This document shows positions 60,561-64,000 of a DNA stretch of 64,000 nucleotides, piece by piece. The position numbers and the translations under genes were made by a program. The DNA is from Camelus dromedarius (taxonomy: Eukaryota). The DNA lies in the NCBI RefSeq assembly GCF_036321535.1, contig NC_087446.1:57908001-57972000 (forward strand), given 5' to 3'. Each line of letters begins with the position of its first letter. The first letter of the stretch is position 1. Under the pieces are notes generated by a model, which had not been told where the DNA came from, did not search any database, and was given only the letters and a program-made list of their open reading frames with translations.

Positions 60561-62011
60561 CAGAAGATACCAGGAGCTGAGGGGAAGGCCCAGGCTATCC
60601 CAGGTAGCACCTCTGTTCTACTCCCAAATTCCACCACCCTCCCCGGACTAAAACCATTCAGAAGGCTGACTCTCTGTAAAGAACCCCACTAAGCACATCT
60701 GCAGGAACATGAGATACCTGGAGATTGATGGGAACCCTGAAACCCCTGCCATGAGCCCATGGGTAACCAGACAGGCAGTGTCTTCCCTGGAAACACTTTT
60801 CATCAAAAGCAAACCAGGCATGGAAATCAATGTGACTTAACCACATCTCACTGTCGTTAACTTCTAGAATTTTCCAGAAGCCTCTACATTTAAAAGGGAG
60901 CCAAGATTTCACATAGAGAAATGAATTACCCATGGTGAGATTCTAGACATAAGGGAGGAGGACTCTCAAATCTCCTGCCATTTGTGACCAAGGAGACCCT
61001 ATGATGAGTGAGGCAGCAAACGTTGGCAGGAGAGGGAGAAAGGTAAGAGGAAAGGGAGAAGGACACAGGTCGGCCAGGAAAAAATGAGCGCAAGGAAAGG
61101 GAAGGGGACACAGCAGTCACGGGGGACCCCGACAGAGTCACCAGCCCATGACACACCTCAGCACAGAGATACTCAGGGAACCCCCAAGAGTCAGGGCCTC
61201 CCAGGCCCCCAGAGGGTGAGTTACAGCAGCAGCTGGAGAATAACTGTGGGCACCACCGGGGCTGAGTCTTCCAGAGGAGGAGGGAACCGGCAGAGCCCGA
61301 ACCTGCGCCCTTCAGGCCCCACCTGGCTGGGTGGCCATTTCCATCGGCTCCAGGTAAGCGGCCCACACAGTGCTGGGCAGCCTTGGGCCATCCAGGGACA
61401 GAAGTGGAAAAGGAACAGTGGGTATATCAGGGCCCACTTAAGGGCCTACAACCTCTCTCTCTGGGCTGGAAGCCAATAATGGCACCAGGTCATGGGAGAA
61501 GAGTCCAGGGCAGGGTTCCCAAATCCCTATGACTGCATTTGCAAAGATGTGATCAGATGCCACCAGCCTGGCTGGACAGGGAGAAGGGATGAGGAGGAGA
61601 CAGGGAGCCTTGGACAATTTCTCCCAGATAAAACTGCACACAATACAGCAAATGCATATATGTTCAGACCATGCAAACCTGGGTATGACATGAGTGAGCA
61701 GCTGTGCTGTGGGATCGGCCGTCCTGTGTGGTAAGTGTGGCGATCATGTGATATGCAGGTGTGAAGTGGGTCTAGTAGGGTGGGGCGTGTGTGGTGACGT
61801 GGTCGGGGTGAGGCAGTGGATAGTGAGTGCCGGTCTGCGGGATGACAAGTGGTATGTGCATCAGCTAGGCATTCATAGCCTCCATCCTGCCTATGGTCAG
61901 TGTCTGATGAAAACTTAGGACAGTCTTTTCAGGTTCCTGTTAATGGTCCTCATCTCAGAGCCCACAGATAGAGCTGGCTGTTTCCCCCTTTGCTGTCCCA
62001 TATAGTCCCCA

Positions 62012-62033
62012 ACACACACACACACACACACAC
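62012..62033. repeat. (AC)11 microsatellite
   Basis: Direct read. Confidence 0.95.
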
Positions 62034-62469
62034 TCCCGCATGCACAGCTCCCATTAATACTTCAGACAAAACCACGAAATTTGAAAGAACGATGATGAGT
62101 TGTCTGGCTATGCTCCCCAAGATCTCCCTGACTTAATAAAGGCTGTCCTCCCCCCATTTCCCACACCCCCCAGCAGGCTCCAGAACCCCAGCTCCCTCGC
62201 CCACAAGATGACGAATCTCCCCCTCAAGGGCCGCTTCCTATTCCTGCGCCCCTTAGGAGCCTCAGCCCCTGCATTCAGGGCTCTCCGAGCGACCAGCAGC
62301 ACAGCTAGCCAGCCACAACTTTGTCCGCTCACCCTCTGCCCACCTGGCCATTTATCCACAAGTTACCTGTTGTTCCATTGATACACCCATTAACTGACCA
62401 GTTTATCCATCTCCCTGTCTCATTAAGACTTACTGAAAGCATACTTGGAGATGGAGGAGGGTCTGCGTT

Positions 62470-62680
62470 AAAAAGGGTCACGGGAAGGGAGAAATGGGGA
62501 GTTGCTGTTTAACTGGCATAGAGTTATACTCATTTTTCAATAGAGAAAAAGTTCTGGAGATGTGTTACACAACAAGGTGAAGGTACTAACACCGCCAAAC
62601 TATATGTGAAGAAATGGCTAGGATGATAAATTTCACCACGTGTATTTTTTACCACAATAAAAAATAAATTTTATTTTAAA
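62470..62680 (+). mobile_element. L1MB-type 3' end
   Basis: ggagaaatggggagttgctgtttaactggcatagagtt ... aaagttctggagat ... accacaataaaaaa. Confidence 0.8.
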
Positions 62681-63489
62681 GAGAGCCTCAGCTCCTCTTT
62701 ATGACCCAGAAGGGTTCCCTGTCCTCTCTGCGAGACTTTGAAAAAGATAACTGTGGCCTCAGGGCCAGTGTCTCTCTGAAGATTGTCCCAACTCTGCCAG
62801 GATGCATGGGAGGTAAAGAGAAGCTGAAGAGGGAAACTAACGGAGGCAGAGTGGAAACAGGGGTGATGGGAGCTGAGGAACAGAGAAGGGAAGAGTCGAT
62901 GACCCAGGAGAAACTTCTCTCTCCACCCTCACAGATGGTATCTTGGGCAGAATGTAACTAGGAGACAGAGGAGAAAGGCACGCACAGTGCGGCAAAGATG
63001 AGGCGGGTGAGGAGGCACAGGGCAGGGTGAAGAAGAATCGCAGCTTTACTCGGGGAAGGAGAGGACGCTGGGATTGCCACTCGTGTCCACTTACAAGAAA
63101 TCCAAAAATACATAGTACGTGGCAAGACCCATTAAAAAGTCCATGCCCTTAGCCACTTATTCCCTTGGGCAGAATTTCCAGGAGTGGGATAAGTTAATAG
63201 AAGCAAAATGAGGCATTTACAAAGATATTGTTTGCATCATTATCTAAAATAGCAAAGAAAAAAAAAGAAAGAAAGAAGAATCCAAGTTGCCCTGCAGGAT
63301 CTTACAGTGGAGACTCTGCCCCCAGGCACAAGTAATGTCTCCTGAGAGCATGCAGGAAGATGCTTTCTTTAAATACTGGGAGGGCTCTCTGGTGCAAAAG
63401 GGCTTAGACATTCTATAAAATACTAAGAATTTAGCCAAGATCTATATAACAAAGACTCTTCCTACAGGCAGAGGAGGCCAAAGCTAAAG

Positions 63490-63630
63490 GGGGCTACCTC
63501 AGTAGATGGTGAGTTCCTGTCCCTGCAGATGTTCAAACAGACACTACAGCAACCTTCTAAGATGTTGCAGATAAGACTGGAGCATTGTCATGCTGAACTG
63601 TATGACCTTTAAGGTCACTTTCAATCCTGA
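63490..63630 (+). mobile_element. MIR3 / L3 (CR1) 3' end
   Basis: ggtgagttcctgtccctgcagatgttcaaacagacact ... atgacctttaaggtcactttcaatcctga. Confidence 0.6.
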
Positions 63631-64000
63631 ATTGCCCTGAGTAATTATTTCTAACCATGAGGAGCAGAGAAGCTGCGATGGGGGACGTAGACCTTGAGTT
63701 GAGCTTGAAGGATGAGTGGGATTTTAAGAGAATGCATAGTAACATGCCCTGTCAGGGGCACTCTCTAGGGAAATGCATGGAGACCTGAGAGAACAGAGTG
63801 CGGACAGCTGGTACAGCTGATCACAGGGCCCAGATAAGGGAGCAAAGGACAACGTGCAACATGGCCAGTCTCTGCCCGACTCCGCTCACAGAGCAGGTCA
63901 CAGAACCCGATAACCTACAAAAAGAGTCTGTAGAATCCCAAAGTGTGATACAACTGGGCAGTATTATCACACACAGTCACATCATAGCGTGGCATTCGAA

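Noticed and set aside
60926-61479. 146-aa (-) and 131-aa (+) overlapping ORFs
   Set aside because: No recognisable domain; low-information composition typical of chance ORFs in GC-rich DNA.
1-64000. CRISPR arrays, operons, rRNA or other prokaryote-type systems
   Set aside because: The sequence is mammalian; no regularly spaced repeat arrays or such genes are present.

Overview
Mammalian genomic DNA, very probably a camelid. Three tRNA-derived SINEs and the young L1 3' ends match the camelid Vic-1 and L1_Vpa types as I recall them. The window covers part of the class II olfactory receptor (OR6C) cluster, apparently syntenic with human 12q13.2 (recalled order OR6C2..OR6C4, OR2AP1, then OR10P1). 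It holds seven intact single-exon OR coding sequences: 2215-3153(+), 7960-8889(+, OR6C4-like), 15745-16674(+, OR6C4), 24169-25107(-), 37563-38492(+, OR2AP1), 48203-49132(+) and 55612-56544(+). One heavily decayed OR remnant may lie at about 57.3-57.8 kb. The rest is mostly old repeats (L1, L2, MIR, MLT1/MER21/MER54 LTRs, ERVL pol fragments, MER33, Tigger1) plus five N-gaps, all in or beside L1. All other ORFs in the track look spurious or are repeat-derived. I see no novel protein-coding system. The strongest observations are: (1) a homologous homeodomain + O/E(EBF)-like module with an invariant 18-nt spacer upstream of all five OR6C4/OR2AP1-clade genes; (2) gene-conversion mosaics in two old OR duplicate pairs, including a 259-bp identical tract beside an unconverted TM4 patch; (3) a MIR fragment apparently copied from 2.6 kb away into the middle of a younger Tigger1 element. 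Family names and orthologies come from memory, not from searches. Identity figures were counted by hand.
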